A program made the translations under genes and the position numbers. Source: Candidatus Rokuibacteriota bacterium (GTDB lineage Bacteria; JAUVQV01; DATDCY01). Taken from it: a stretch of 46,239 nucleotides of DNA. Below are positions 22,656 to 31,884 of the stretch, in pieces. The stretch is from assembly GCA_031406795.1 (NCBI GenBank), contig JANOHV010000075.1, positions 1 to 46,239 on the forward strand, in the 5' to 3' direction. Each line of letters starts with the position of its first letter. The stretch's first letter is position 1. The notes under the pieces are model-generated. The model did no database searches. It was given only the letters and a program-made list of their open reading frames with translations, and was not told the origin of the DNA.

Positions 22656-23725
22656 GAGCAGCCGCGCCCGGCGCGAGTTCCCGGCTCATCCTCGGCCTCG
22701 AAACCTCCTGCGACGAGACGGCGGCGGCAGTTGTCGAGGAAGGTCGCCGCGTGCTCTCCTCCGTTATCGCCTCGCAGGTCGCCGACCACCGGCCCTACGG
22801 CGGGGTCGTCCCGGAGATCGCCGGACGCAAGCACCTGGAAAATCTCATACCGGTCGTTCAGTCCGCGCTCGATCAAGCCGGCGTGCTGCCCGCCGATCTC
22901 GGTGCGGTCGCCGTGACCTCAAGCCCCGGACTGATGGGGGCCCTGCTGGTTGGCACCTCTTTCGGCAAGGCGCTGGCGATGGGTTGGCGCCTGCCCCTCG
23001 TCGAAGTGAACCATCTGCACGCGCACGCCCTGGCGATCTATCTCGACCACCGACGCCCGCGCCTGCCGTACCTCGCGCTGGTGGTCTCCGGCGGACACAC
23101 GACGCTGTTCCGCGTCTCCTCGGCGCTGGACCTGGCGATCATCGGGCAGACGCGCGACGACGCCGCCGGGGAGTGCATCGACAAGGTCGCGAAATTCCTT
23201 GGGCTCGATTATCCGGGAGGGCCGGAAATCGACCGGCTCGCCGCCGGGGCCAACCCGCAGGCGGTGCGTTTTACGCGCGCACTGGCGCACGCCTCGACGC
23301 TCGATTTCTCCTTCTCCGGCCTGAAGACCGCCGTCGTCAACCATGTGCTCGGCACCAGCCGGCTCCAGGGCCCGCTGAACCACCAGCAGGCCCCCCCGCT
23401 TGCGCAGGCGCAGCTGCGCGATCTTGCGGCGAGCTTCCTGGAGGCGGTGGTCGACACGCTCGTGGGCAAGACGCTGCGGGCCGCGCGCGAACACGGACTT
23501 TCGACCGTGGTCGTCTCCGGCGGCGTTGCGGCGAACAGGCGTCTGCGCGAGAAGATGACGACGGCCGGGAAGGCGCAAGGGGTGCGGGTGCTGTTTCCCG
23601 GGCGCGAACTGTGCACCGACAACGCGGCCATGATCGCCGGCGCCGCCTGGCATTTGGCGCGAAAAAAGCGCTTCGCCGGGCTGGATCTGCGCCCCTCGGC
23701 AAGAATGAAAACCGGCGCGTGCTAG
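22652..23725 (+). CDS. tsaD: tRNA N6-threonylcarbamoyltransferase TsaD
   Basis: LGLETSCDET, GGVVPE, VSGGHT, DDAAGE and CTDNAAMI motifs. Confidence 0.96.
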   Translation: MRAAAPGASSRLILGLETSCDETAAAVVEEGRRVLSSVIASQVADHRPYGGVVPEIAGRKHLENLIPVVQSALDQAGVLPADLGAVAVTSSPGLMGALLVGTSFGKALAMGWRLPLVEVNHLHAHALAIYLDHRRPRLPYLALVVSGGHTTLFRVSSALDLAIIGQTRDDAAGECIDKVAKFLGLDYPGGPEIDRLAAGANPQAVRFTRALAHASTLDFSFSGLKTAVVNHVLGTSRLQGPLNHQQAPPLAQAQLRDLAASFLEAVVDTLVGKTLRAAREHGLSTVVVSGGVAANRRLREKMTTAGKAQGVRVLFPGRELCTDNAAMIAGAAWHLARKKRFAGLDLRPSARMKTGAC

Positions 23726-23726
23726 G

Positions 23727-24911
23727 ATGAGCGGCATGCAGGATCCGCGCGCACTGATCTATCTCGACAACGGCGCGACCTCGTTCCCGAAACCGCCGAC
23801 GGTCGCGGCCGCCATGTCGCACTTCCTGCTCGAAGTCGGCGGCAGCCCCGGGCGCTCGGGACACCGGCTTTCGCAGGAGGCGGCGCGCGTGGTCTTCGAG
23901 TGCCGCGAGGCGCTCGCGCGGCTCTTCGGCGCCGCCGATTCACGGCGCATCATCTTCACGCTCAACGCCACGCAAGCGCTCAACACGGCCATCTACGGCC
24001 TGCTCAAGCCGGGCGACCGGGTGCTCACGACGGCCATGGAGCACAACTCCACGATGCGGCCGCTGCGGGATCTGGAGCACCGGGGCGTCATCTCCCTCGA
24101 GGTGCTCCCGTGCGACCGCGCCGGCCGCCTCGACCTCGGGCGCCTCCAGGCGGCCCTCGCGACGCGCTCAAAGCTGCTCGCCGCCGTGCACGCCTCCAAT
24201 GTCAGCGGCGCCATCCTGCCGCTGCGCGAAGTCGGCGCGATGACGCGCGCCGCCGGGACACTGCTGCTCGTCGATGCCGCCCAGTCGGCGGGTGCGCTGC
24301 CGATCGACGTGGAAGCCGACGGCATCGACCTGCTCGCCTTCACCGGGCACAAGGCGCTGTTCGGTCCTCAGGGTACCGGCGGCCTCTGGGCCCGCACGGG
24401 AGTCGAGCCGGAGCCGCTCGTTCGCGGCGGCACCGGCAGCAACTCGGAACTCGAAATGCAGCCGGAGTTCTGGCCCGACCGGCTCGAAAGCGGCACGCAG
24501 AACGCGGTCGGCATCGCCGGCCTTCTCGCCGGGGTGTCCTTCATCGCGGAGACCGGGCTTCCGGCGATACAAACGCGCGAGGAGGCGCTGACGAGGCGGT
24601 TGATCGACGGGCTGGAGGGTGTCGCCGGGATCACGCTGCACGGCCCGGAGCGCGCTGCCGCGCGCTCGCCCATCGTGTCGGCGACCTTCGCCGGCCTCGT
24701 CCCGTCCGAAGCCGGGTTCCTCCTCGAGGAGGGCTTCGGCGTACTCACCCGCGTCGGGTTGCACTGCTCGCCCGCCGCGCACCACACGCTCGGGACCTAC
24801 CCCCAGGGCACGGTCCGTTTCGCGCCGGGGTTTTTCACGAGCGACGCGCAGATCGACGCCACGATCGCGGCCTGCCGCTATCTCGCGGCGAAAAAGGCGG
24901 GCGGCCGATGA
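23727..24911 (+). CDS. Cysteine desulfurase/selenocysteine lyase family aminotransferase class V
   Basis: YLDNGATSFPKP, EHNS, DAAQS, FTGHKAL and RVGLHCSP motifs. Confidence 0.92.
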   Translation: MSGMQDPRALIYLDNGATSFPKPPTVAAAMSHFLLEVGGSPGRSGHRLSQEAARVVFECREALARLFGAADSRRIIFTLNATQALNTAIYGLLKPGDRVLTTAMEHNSTMRPLRDLEHRGVISLEVLPCDRAGRLDLGRLQAALATRSKLLAAVHASNVSGAILPLREVGAMTRAAGTLLLVDAAQSAGALPIDVEADGIDLLAFTGHKALFGPQGTGGLWARTGVEPEPLVRGGTGSNSELEMQPEFWPDRLESGTQNAVGIAGLLAGVSFIAETGLPAIQTREEALTRRLIDGLEGVAGITLHGPERAAARSPIVSATFAGLVPSEAGFLLEEGFGVLTRVGLHCSPAAHHTLGTYPQGTVRFAPGFFTSDAQIDATIAACRYLAAKKAGGR

Positions 24912-25168
24912 GCGCCGCTGCGGGAGCATTCGCGATCGCCACCTTTCACTCGACGCACATGGTGCTCAAGGCCGAGAAGCTGCTCAAGCAGGCCGGGGTC
25001 GGCGAGGTCCGCCTGGTGCCGGTGCCGAGTCAGGTCTCCTCGGACTGCGGGGTGACGGTGCGCTTCGCGGCCGCGGACGTCGCGCGCGCGGCCGGGCTGC
25101 TGCGGCCGCTCGAGGACCTCCAGGGGATCTTCGTCGAGAGCGGTGACGGCTGGACGCCCTACGCCTGA
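24908..25168 (+). CDS. DUF3343 family protein
   Basis: ATFHSTHMVLKAEK..LVPVPSQVSSDCG; ATGA overlap with the desulfurase. Confidence 0.85.
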   Translation: MSAAAGAFAIATFHSTHMVLKAEKLLKQAGVGEVRLVPVPSQVSSDCGVTVRFAAADVARAAGLLRPLEDLQGIFVESGDGWTPYA

Positions 25169-25301
25169 GCGGCGGGACTCCGGTCCCGCGTGCGGACGGC
25201 GGTGGCGTCCCGTCGCTCGCGCTTCAGCGCCGCGACCCCGGCGCGCTCCCCCGAGCTCGTTGATGCCGATTCCGACTCCGAAAGAAAACCCCCAAGCCAG
25301 G

Positions 25302-25330
25302 GTGGCATTTTCCCTGTTGTGTTCTATAAT
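25302..25330 (+). promoter_or_regulatory. Putative promoter of tRNA-Sec
   Basis: GTGGCA-17-TATAAT, ending 12 nt before the tRNA. Confidence 0.55.
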
Positions 25331-25342
25331 CCCTGCCAGCAC

Positions 25343-25441
25343 GGGAGCGGATGGGTCACTGGTGGGCCCCCCGGACTTCAAATCCGGTCGGCGGGCGCTA
25401 ATCACGTCCGCGGTAGGTTCGATTCCTACACGTTCCCGCCA
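25343..25441 (+). tRNA. selC: tRNA-Sec (anticodon UCA)
   Basis: Anticodon arm CCGGA-CTTCAAA-TCCGG, long variable arm, T arm GTAGG-TTCGATT-CCTAC, 3' GCCA. Confidence 0.93.
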
Positions 25442-25470
25442 CGCCGCAGCCACATCAGGGGAGGGCGATC

Positions 25471-25674
25471 ATGCCTTATGCAAACATCCGCGTGACCAGA
25501 ACCGGCGTCACCCGCGAGCAGAAGGCCGAGATCATCAAGGGGGTCACCGACGTGCTCGTGAAGGTGCTCGGCAAGGATCCCGAGCGCACCTTCGTGGTGA
25601 TCGACGAGGTCGACACCGACAACTGGGGGATCGGGGGCGAGAGCATCACCGCCCGCAACTCGAGAGCGAAGTAG
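25471..25674 (+). CDS. 4-oxalocrotonate tautomerase family protein
   Basis: Catalytic Pro after Met (MPYANI), TREQKAEII and IDEVDTDNWGIGG; GGAGG SD. Confidence 0.92.
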   Translation: MPYANIRVTRTGVTREQKAEIIKGVTDVLVKVLGKDPERTFVVIDEVDTDNWGIGGESITARNSRAK

Positions 25675-25684
25675 CGCCCCCGCG

Positions 25685-26758
25685 CTAGCGGTCGCCCTCG
25701 GCCATCGCCTTGCCGAACGCGGCCCAGAACGGATCGACCCGGGGGTGCTCCAGCGTACGGATGCGGCCGCCCTCGGCGAGCGTGATCCCCTCGGCCTCCG
25801 GGAGCGTCTCGCCGATGACGGCGGCGGCAATGCCCTTCGCAGCGAGGCGAGCCAGAATTTCCGCCGTCCGGTGCTTCTTGCACGTCAGCACGAGCGTCCC
25901 CTCGCTGATCGACGTGAACGGGTCGATCGCGAAGAGGCGGCAGACCTTCTCGACCTCCTCCGGCACCATGATCCGCTCGCGCTCGATGCGCATGCCGACG
26001 CGCGAGGCCCGGGCGACCTCGTACAGGCCGCCCCAGAGGCCGCATTCGGTCGCATCGTGCATCGCGGTCACGCCGTCCTCGCGCACGCCCACGGATGCTG
26101 CGATCGTGGCTTCCTCGACGACGCTCATTTGTCCGAACATGGCGTCCGCCCGCCGGGCGAAATCGGCCCCGTAGGCCGCCGCGACGCGTTTCGGGAAGGT
26201 CGCGGCGAAGAGCGCCGTCGCCTCGATGGCCGGGCCCTTGGTGATCACGACGTCCTCGCCCGCCCCGGCCATCGCCGGCGTCACATAGCGATCGCGCGGG
26301 CCGGTGGCCATCACGGTTGCCCCGCCGATCATCGGGTACTCGCAGCCCTGGTAGCGCGCCGTGTGCCCGGCGATGACGGCGATGCCGAGCTTGTCGCACT
26401 CGGCGTGCATCGCGCGCCAGAGGGTGACGAACTGCTCCTTGGTGATGCCGAGCGGCAGGTTCAGGTCGATCGTCATCCACCGCGGCGCCAGCCCCGAGAC
26501 GGCCGCGTCCGAGGCGAGGATGTGCACCGCGAACCACGCCGAGCGCTCCCAGCCGTACTGCGGCACGACGAAGACCGGGTCGCACGTGACGGCCATGACG
26601 TTGCCGCCACCGATGTCCACCACGCCGATGTCCACCCCGTGCTGCGGCGGCACGAGCACCGCGGGGTCGCGGCGCCCAAGCCGCGGGTAAATGACTTCCT
26701 CGAAGATCTCGGGCGAGATCTTGCCGATCTCGGGCAGCTCGTGCACGTGCTCGTTCAT
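25685..26758 (-). CDS. AIR synthase/HypE/ThiL-superfamily protein
   Basis: IGKI, GVDIGV, TCDP, ASDAAVSG, AGHT, MHDATECG and ISEGTL motifs. Confidence 0.88.
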   Translation of the reverse strand: MNEHVHELPEIGKISPEIFEEVIYPRLGRRDPAVLVPPQHGVDIGVVDIGGGNVMAVTCDPVFVVPQYGWERSAWFAVHILASDAAVSGLAPRWMTIDLNLPLGITKEQFVTLWRAMHAECDKLGIAVIAGHTARYQGCEYPMIGGATVMATGPRDRYVTPAMAGAGEDVVITKGPAIEATALFAATFPKRVAAAYGADFARRADAMFGQMSVVEEATIAASVGVREDGVTAMHDATECGLWGGLYEVARASRVGMRIERERIMVPEEVEKVCRLFAIDPFTSISEGTLVLTCKKHRTAEILARLAAKGIAAAVIGETLPEAEGITLAEGGRIRTLEHPRVDPFWAAFGKAMAEGDR

Positions 26759-26761
26759 CGC

Positions 26762-26848
26762 TTTCCCTCCGCAGGCATTACCCTGACAGGTTGCGGGGTC
26801 GGCCCAGGCGGACCCTCTCAGCCGTCCGCAGACAGCTCCCCCAAGCAT
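26762..26848 (-). ncRNA. TPP riboswitch
   Basis: Minus strand GGGGGAGC...GCTGAGAG...GACCC..AACCTG..AGGGTAATGCCTGCGGAGGGA matches the THI-box consensus. Confidence 0.92.
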
Positions 26849-26855
26849 GGTCGGT

Positions 26856-27962
26856 TCAGTTCTTCGTGAAGAACTCCTTGATCGCGCCAGCCACCGTTTC
26901 GATCTGCTCGCCGCTGAGCCCCGGGAAGACCGGCAGCGAGAGCACCTGCTCCTGAATGCGCTCGGTCACCGGGAATTCGCCGGTCGCATAGCCGAGACCG
27001 GTGAAGATCGGCTGCTGGTGCAGCGCCTTCGGGTAGTACACCATCGACGGGACGCCGCGCTCCTGCAGGTGCGCCCGCAGCGCGCTGCGGCGGTCGGTGA
27101 GGAGGCTGAACTGGTTGTAGCTGTGCTGCGCCCCGGCCGCCTCGGTCGGCAGCGTGAGACCTTCGATGCCGCCGAGCAATTCGCGGTAACGCGCGGCATT
27201 CGCGCGGCGCTGCGCGTTCCAGCCCTCGAGCAGCGGCAGCTTGATCGAGAGCACGGCCGCCTGCAGCGAGTCGAGACGGCTATTGTAGCCGAGCAGCTCG
27301 TAGTGGTCGCGCACCTTGGCGCCATGACCGCGCAGCATGTGCACCTTTTGGGCGAGCGTGTCGTTGTCGGTCAGGATCATCCCCCCGTCCCCGATCGCGC
27401 CGAGGTTCTTCGTCGGGAAGAACGAAAAGGCCCCGGCGTCGCCGAGGCCGCCGACCAGCCGCCCCATCCAGCGCGAACCGGTGGCCTGGGCGCAGTCCTC
27501 GATCACCTTGAGCTTGTGGCGCTGCGCGATCTTGCCGATCGCCGCCATGTCGCACGCGAGGCCGTAGAGATGCACCGGAATGATCGCGCGCGTGCGCTCG
27601 GTGATCCGCGCCTCGATCTGCGACGGGTCGAGGTTGAAGGTCGCCGCATCGATGTCGACGAAGACCGGCCGCGCCCCGGCGTGTTCGATGACCTCCGCGG
27701 TCGCGACGAAGGTGAACGGCGTCGTGATCACTTCGTCCCCGGGCCGCACGCCGGCCCCGAGCAGCGAGAGCAGCAGCGCATCGGTCCCGGAAGCCACCCC
27801 GATCGCGTGGCGCACGCCGTGCAGCCGCGCCATCTGCTCCTCGAACCGGACCAGCGCCGGCCCGAGGATGTACTGGGCCCCCCGCAACACCTCGGTGAAC
27901 ACCCGCTCCAGCTCGGCCTCGATCGGGCGGTGCTGGCAGGACAGGTCGATGAATGGGATCAT
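26856..27962 (-). CDS. DegT/DnrJ/EryC1/StrS sugar aminotransferase
   Basis: SGTDAL, PVHLYG, EDCAQA, SFFPTKNLGAIGDGG and GYNSRLD motifs. Confidence 0.95.
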   Translation of the reverse strand: MIPFIDLSCQHRPIEAELERVFTEVLRGAQYILGPALVRFEEQMARLHGVRHAIGVASGTDALLLSLLGAGVRPGDEVITTPFTFVATAEVIEHAGARPVFVDIDAATFNLDPSQIEARITERTRAIIPVHLYGLACDMAAIGKIAQRHKLKVIEDCAQATGSRWMGRLVGGLGDAGAFSFFPTKNLGAIGDGGMILTDNDTLAQKVHMLRGHGAKVRDHYELLGYNSRLDSLQAAVLSIKLPLLEGWNAQRRANAARYRELLGGIEGLTLPTEAAGAQHSYNQFSLLTDRRSALRAHLQERGVPSMVYYPKALHQQPIFTGLGYATGEFPVTERIQEQVLSLPVFPGLSGEQIETVAGAIKEFFTKN

Positions 27963-28043
27963 GACTGGGTCTCTCCCTGTTCCGCGCTGAAGCGCGGAAC
28001 CATGTAGCAGCGTTTGTCACATCGCCACGTTTGACGCATGGAT

Positions 28044-29072
28044 TCAGTTTTCTCCAGCTATCTTGATCTCGCGGCCCCCGGCGCACTGAGACTTCTCGGC
28101 GGCTTCGAGCACCCGCAGGACCGTCACGGCATTCTTGCCGCCCGCCCGCGGTTCGCGGCGGCGGCGGATGCACTCGAGGAATTCCCGGCACTCGGCGGCG
28201 AGCGGCTGGCCGGCCTCGATGTCGACGGGGCTGGCCCCCTCGTCGAGGTACTCGAAGACCTTGAGCGGCACGCCGGGGCGCACCTTGATCTGCTTGGCGA
28301 AGTGCTTGAGATGCGCCCCGTCCGCGGCCAACTCGTCGAACAGCAGCATGCCCTTGTCGCCGACCGCCAGCAGCTGCCGCTCGCGCAGCGGCGCCATCCA
28401 GCTCTCCTCGATGTGCGCGAGCGCGCCGCCGACCAGCGAAATGGCCGTGAATGAAATCTCCGGGAGACCCGGCTGGATGAACGCACGGGCCAGGCTCGAG
28501 ACCGCCGCGGGGCGTCCGCCGGTCACCATCAGGGCGATGCTGATGTCGTGCGGCCCCAGGTCCCACAGCACGCTGCAGCCGCCCTGGAGCCTGCCGAAGG
28601 CCCGGCGGCGGATGCCCAGGTAGCGCACCTTGCCGATCCGACCGCGGCGCACGAGATCGGCCATCGCGATCACCGCCGGGTGGTACATCAACAGGTGACC
28701 GACCATCAGCGTGCGGCGACGCTCACGCGCCAGGTCGAAGAGCCGCTGCCCCTCGCGGCTGGAGAGGGCCAGCGGTTTTTCCACGAAGAGATGCTTGCCG
28801 GCCAGCAGCGCCTCCCGGCCGATGCGGTAGTGCGTCTCGGACGGGGTCGCGATTGCGACGGCGTCGATCGCCGGGTCACGGAGCAGCTCCCGGTAGTCGC
28901 CGGTGAACTCGGGGCGCTCGCCGGCGATCTCCAGCCCGCGGAACTTCTTGTCGTCGAGGTCGGCCACCCGCCGCACGCGACAACCGCCGACCGACCCGAA
29001 CGTGCGCAGCAGGTTCGGCCCCCACGCGCCGAGCCCGATCAGGCCCAGCCCGATCTCCCGTGACATTGCCAT
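28044..29072 (-). CDS. Gfo/Idh/MocA oxidoreductase
   Basis: IGLGAWG, AIATP, VEKPLA, MVGH and DLGPHD motifs; start at 29072 or 29066. Confidence 0.92.
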   Translation of the reverse strand: MAMSREIGLGLIGLGAWGPNLLRTFGSVGGCRVRRVADLDDKKFRGLEIAGERPEFTGDYRELLRDPAIDAVAIATPSETHYRIGREALLAGKHLFVEKPLALSSREGQRLFDLARERRRTLMVGHLLMYHPAVIAMADLVRRGRIGKVRYLGIRRRAFGRLQGGCSVLWDLGPHDISIALMVTGGRPAAVSSLARAFIQPGLPEISFTAISLVGGALAHIEESWMAPLRERQLLAVGDKGMLLFDELAADGAHLKHFAKQIKVRPGVPLKVFEYLDEGASPVDIEAGQPLAAECREFLECIRRRREPRAGGKNAVTVLRVLEAAEKSQCAGGREIKIAGEN

Positions 29073-29094
29073 GTCCTGCGCCCCCGTGTCCGAC

Positions 29095-29124
29095 AAAAAA
29101 ACAACGGGGAGCACCGCTCCCCGT
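29095..29124 (-). terminator. Rho-independent terminator after tRNA-Phe
   Basis: ACGGGGAGC-GGT-GCTCCCCGT followed by TGTTTTTTT. Confidence 0.85.
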
Positions 29125-29134
29125 CGCGACAATC

Positions 29135-29200
<66 letters not shown>

Positions 29201-29210
<10 letters not shown>

Positions 29211-30292
29211 CCGCTACAGCGCACGCATGGTACCCGCGGCCCCGGGGGGTTGTCAATCTGAACGGCCGGCATCCCCGGGGCGGGCCCCCGTCGCGGCCGG
29301 GCAACCACCGTCCCCGACAGCAGATCGGCCCAACCGCGGCGCCGCGGCTCGAACATCGCCCAGACGATGCCGACACCGGCGCACATCAGGCCGAGGACCG
29401 CGCCCAGCCAGCGCAGAAAGGTCCGGCTCCAGCTGAGGCCGCCGCCGTCGCCGGCCCGCACTTCGATGCCGACCAGCAGCTTGCCCGGCGTGCACCCCGT
29501 GGTTCCGTGAAAGAAGCCGAAATAGCCGAGACTGAGCAGTACGCCCAGCAGACCAAAGGGCAGCGCCGACGCCTGCAAGCCGGCGGCGGCCAGGAAAGCG
29601 CCCGTATCGAAGCCGCCAAGGTGAAAGGCGAAATACGCGCCAAGAAAGAAGAACCCGAGAATGGCCAGCAGCAGCGACTGATCAACCAGAAGCGCCAGCG
29701 ACCGGCGGCCGAGGCCGGCGACCTCCGGCGCCCAACAGCGCTCGGGGACCTCGTCGTCACGGTCGATGATCGGGGCGCCGCACGCTTCGTCGCCGGTTGG
29801 CCCGGCGGGGAACGTGAATGCCGGCCCCGGCAGGTCTGCGCCGGCCGCCGGCCAGCGCTCACCACGATCGGCCCAATCGACCGGGTCCAGCGCGATTGCC
29901 GGCACCTCCGGGACCGCGGGCTCCCCTCCCGCGAACAGGTCGTCGTCGATGCGAAACGGCGAGACGCCGACATCGTCGACGACTCCGGGATCGGCGACAG
30001 ATGCCGCCTCGAGATCATCCTCGCCAACTTCGATCGCTTCGCGCTCGATCATCCCCACGACATCACCTCCATGCTCGCTTCGTCTGCCGGGGGCCGCCCG
30101 GCGCCGCCGGTGACCCGGGAGCCACTGCCCGGGCAGTGAGTACTCCGGTTCGAAACGCGCGCCCGGCAGGTCGTCCGCCGGCTCGATCGGCGGGAATCCC
30201 GCCGCCGCGGCGGTCGCCATCATCGGGGCGCCGCAGTGTGCGCAGGCCTCGAGGAGATTCCGGCTCTCGTGGCCACAGCCGGGGCACCTCAT
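29201..30292 (-). CDS. RDD family protein with N-terminal zinc ribbon
   Basis: MRCPGCG..CAHCG, acidic linker, RRSLALLVD, GCTPGK..GIEV and RGWADLLSGTVV motifs. Confidence 0.85.
29227..29256 (-). promoter_or_regulatory. Promoter of tRNA-Phe
   Basis: TTGACA-18-TACCAT. Confidence 0.6.
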
Positions 30293-30314
30293 CGGCGAAA
30301 ACCTTCGCGCCCGC

Positions 30315-31061
30315 TCACCCGAGGTCCCCCCAGCGGCTCTGAAGCACCGCGAGCGCCGCAATGCCCGCGGTGTCCGTCCTCAGGATGCGCGGCCCGAAGC
30401 TGACCGCGGCGAATCCCGCCTGCTGCGCCAGGCCCACTTCCTGCTCCGACCAGCTGCCCTCGGGACCGATGGCGACGAGCACGGATCGCGGCGCGGTGCG
30501 CGGGTCGATCACCTCGCGCAGCCCCTGTGCCGCGTGCTCCCAGAACAGCAGCCGCAGTTCGAGGGGGCTCGGGTCCGCCAGCAGGTCCTCGAACGAACAG
30601 AGCGGGTGCAGCACCGGTAGACGGGTCCTCCCGGACTGGGCGACGGCGGACTCCAGCACGCGCCGCCAACGGGCAACCGCCGCGGCGCCGGCGCCCCCCG
30701 CGGCCACTGTGCGCTGGGAGATCAGGGGCCTGATGCCGCTCACCCCGAGTTCCGCGGCTTTCTCGAGAACGAACGAGAACCGCTCGCCCTTGGGGAGCGC
30801 CTGGGCGAGAACGACGTTCAGGCCCGACTCCCGCAGCGGCTCGGCGCGGGAGAGAACGAGCCCGCGGCCACGATCCCGTCCGAGGTGCTCGACCCGGACC
30901 TGGTACTCGGCGCCCGCGCCGTCGGTCACTTCGAACTCGTCGCCCGGCCCGAGCCGCAGCACCGAGCGCAGATGGCGCAGACGCTCCCCGTCGAGCACCA
31001 GCCCGCCATCGCAGAATGCTTCGGGCGGGGCGAAGATGCGCCGCGGCTCAGCCATGGCCAT
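30315..31061 (-). CDS. rsmE: 16S rRNA m3U1498 methyltransferase RsmE
   Basis: HLRSVLRL, EKAAELGV, IGPEGSW and GPRILRTDTA motifs. Confidence 0.94.
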   Translation of the reverse strand: MAMAEPRRIFAPPEAFCDGGLVLDGERLRHLRSVLRLGPGDEFEVTDGAGAEYQVRVEHLGRDRGRGLVLSRAEPLRESGLNVVLAQALPKGERFSFVLEKAAELGVSGIRPLISQRTVAAGGAGAAAVARWRRVLESAVAQSGRTRLPVLHPLCSFEDLLADPSPLELRLLFWEHAAQGLREVIDPRTAPRSVLVAIGPEGSWSEQEVGLAQQAGFAAVSFGPRILRTDTAGIAALAVLQSRWGDLG

Positions 31062-31884
31062 CGCTCATCGGCCGTCTCACGACTTGGCGCGCGCGGGGCT
31101 TCGGCGCCGCCGCGCCGCCGGAACGCTTGGCTGGCGCGGCGGGTGCCGCGTCGGGGCGGGGCAGGGTAAAGCGCACGGTGAAGTCACGCCCGTAGCGCGA
31201 GCTGGCGCGGACCGTCCCCCGGTGCAGCCGCACGATGCGTTGGACGTTGTACAGCCCGAGGCCGGTGCCGGGCTGCGGGGTGATCTTCTCGTCCTGCACG
31301 CGGTAGAATTTCGTGAAGACCTTGGCGAGCGCCTCCGGCTTGACCCCCTGGCCCTCGTTGGTGACGAACATCTCCCAGGCGCTTTTCCGAACGCTGCAGC
31401 CCCAGACAATCTTTCCCGCCTGCCGCCCGTACTTGAGGGCGTTGAAGAACAGGTTGTCGTAGATGGTCAGCAGCATCTGCCGGTCGGCGAAGACCCGCAT
31501 CGCCGAGCAGCAACCGTCGCGGCGGACCCGCCCGAGCCGGGACGCGTGGTGAGGGAACTTGGCGGTCAGGTCGCGCAGCGTCACCTCGACCACATCGGTC
31601 TGCAAATCAAGCCACTCCCAATGCAGCATCTCCTCGCCGCCGTCGACCCGCCGCAGATTGAGAAAATCGCCGGTCATGTGCTCGATCCGGTAGGCGCTCG
31701 CGAGGACCCGGCCGAGCACCTCGGCCTGCTTCTGCGGCACCGCGCCGTACGCCCCCTCGGTCAGCAGGTTGCTGAACATGATGATCGAATTGAGCGGGTT
31801 CCTGATCTCGTGCGCGATGAAGTCCAGCAGGAACTCATACATATCGAGCTTGCGCTGCATCGGCGTCGTCGGCATGGCGTTCAC
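31048..31884 (-). CDS. Cytoplasmic histidine kinase (HisKA + HATPase)
   Basis: AHEIRNPL, NLFFNALKY, NEGQG, FTKFYR and GTGLGL boxes. Confidence 0.9.
   Translation of the reverse strand: MNAMPTTPMQRKLDMYEFLLDFIAHEIRNPLNSIIMFSNLLTEGAYGAVPQKQAEVLGRVLASAYRIEHMTGDFLNLRRVDGGEEMLHWEWLDLQTDVVEVTLRDLTAKFPHHASRLGRVRRDGCCSAMRVFADRQMLLTIYDNLFFNALKYGRQAGKIVWGCSVRKSAWEMFVTNEGQGVKPEALAKVFTKFYRVQDEKITPQPGTGLGLYNVQRIVRLHRGTVRASSRYGRDFTVRFTLPRPDAAPAAPAKRSGGAAAPKPRARQVVRRPMSDGHG

Noticed and set aside
25343-25700. tRNA-Sec or tRNA-Phe as a prophage/island attachment site
   Set aside because: I found no duplicated tRNA 3' end and no adjacent phage-type integrase in the window.
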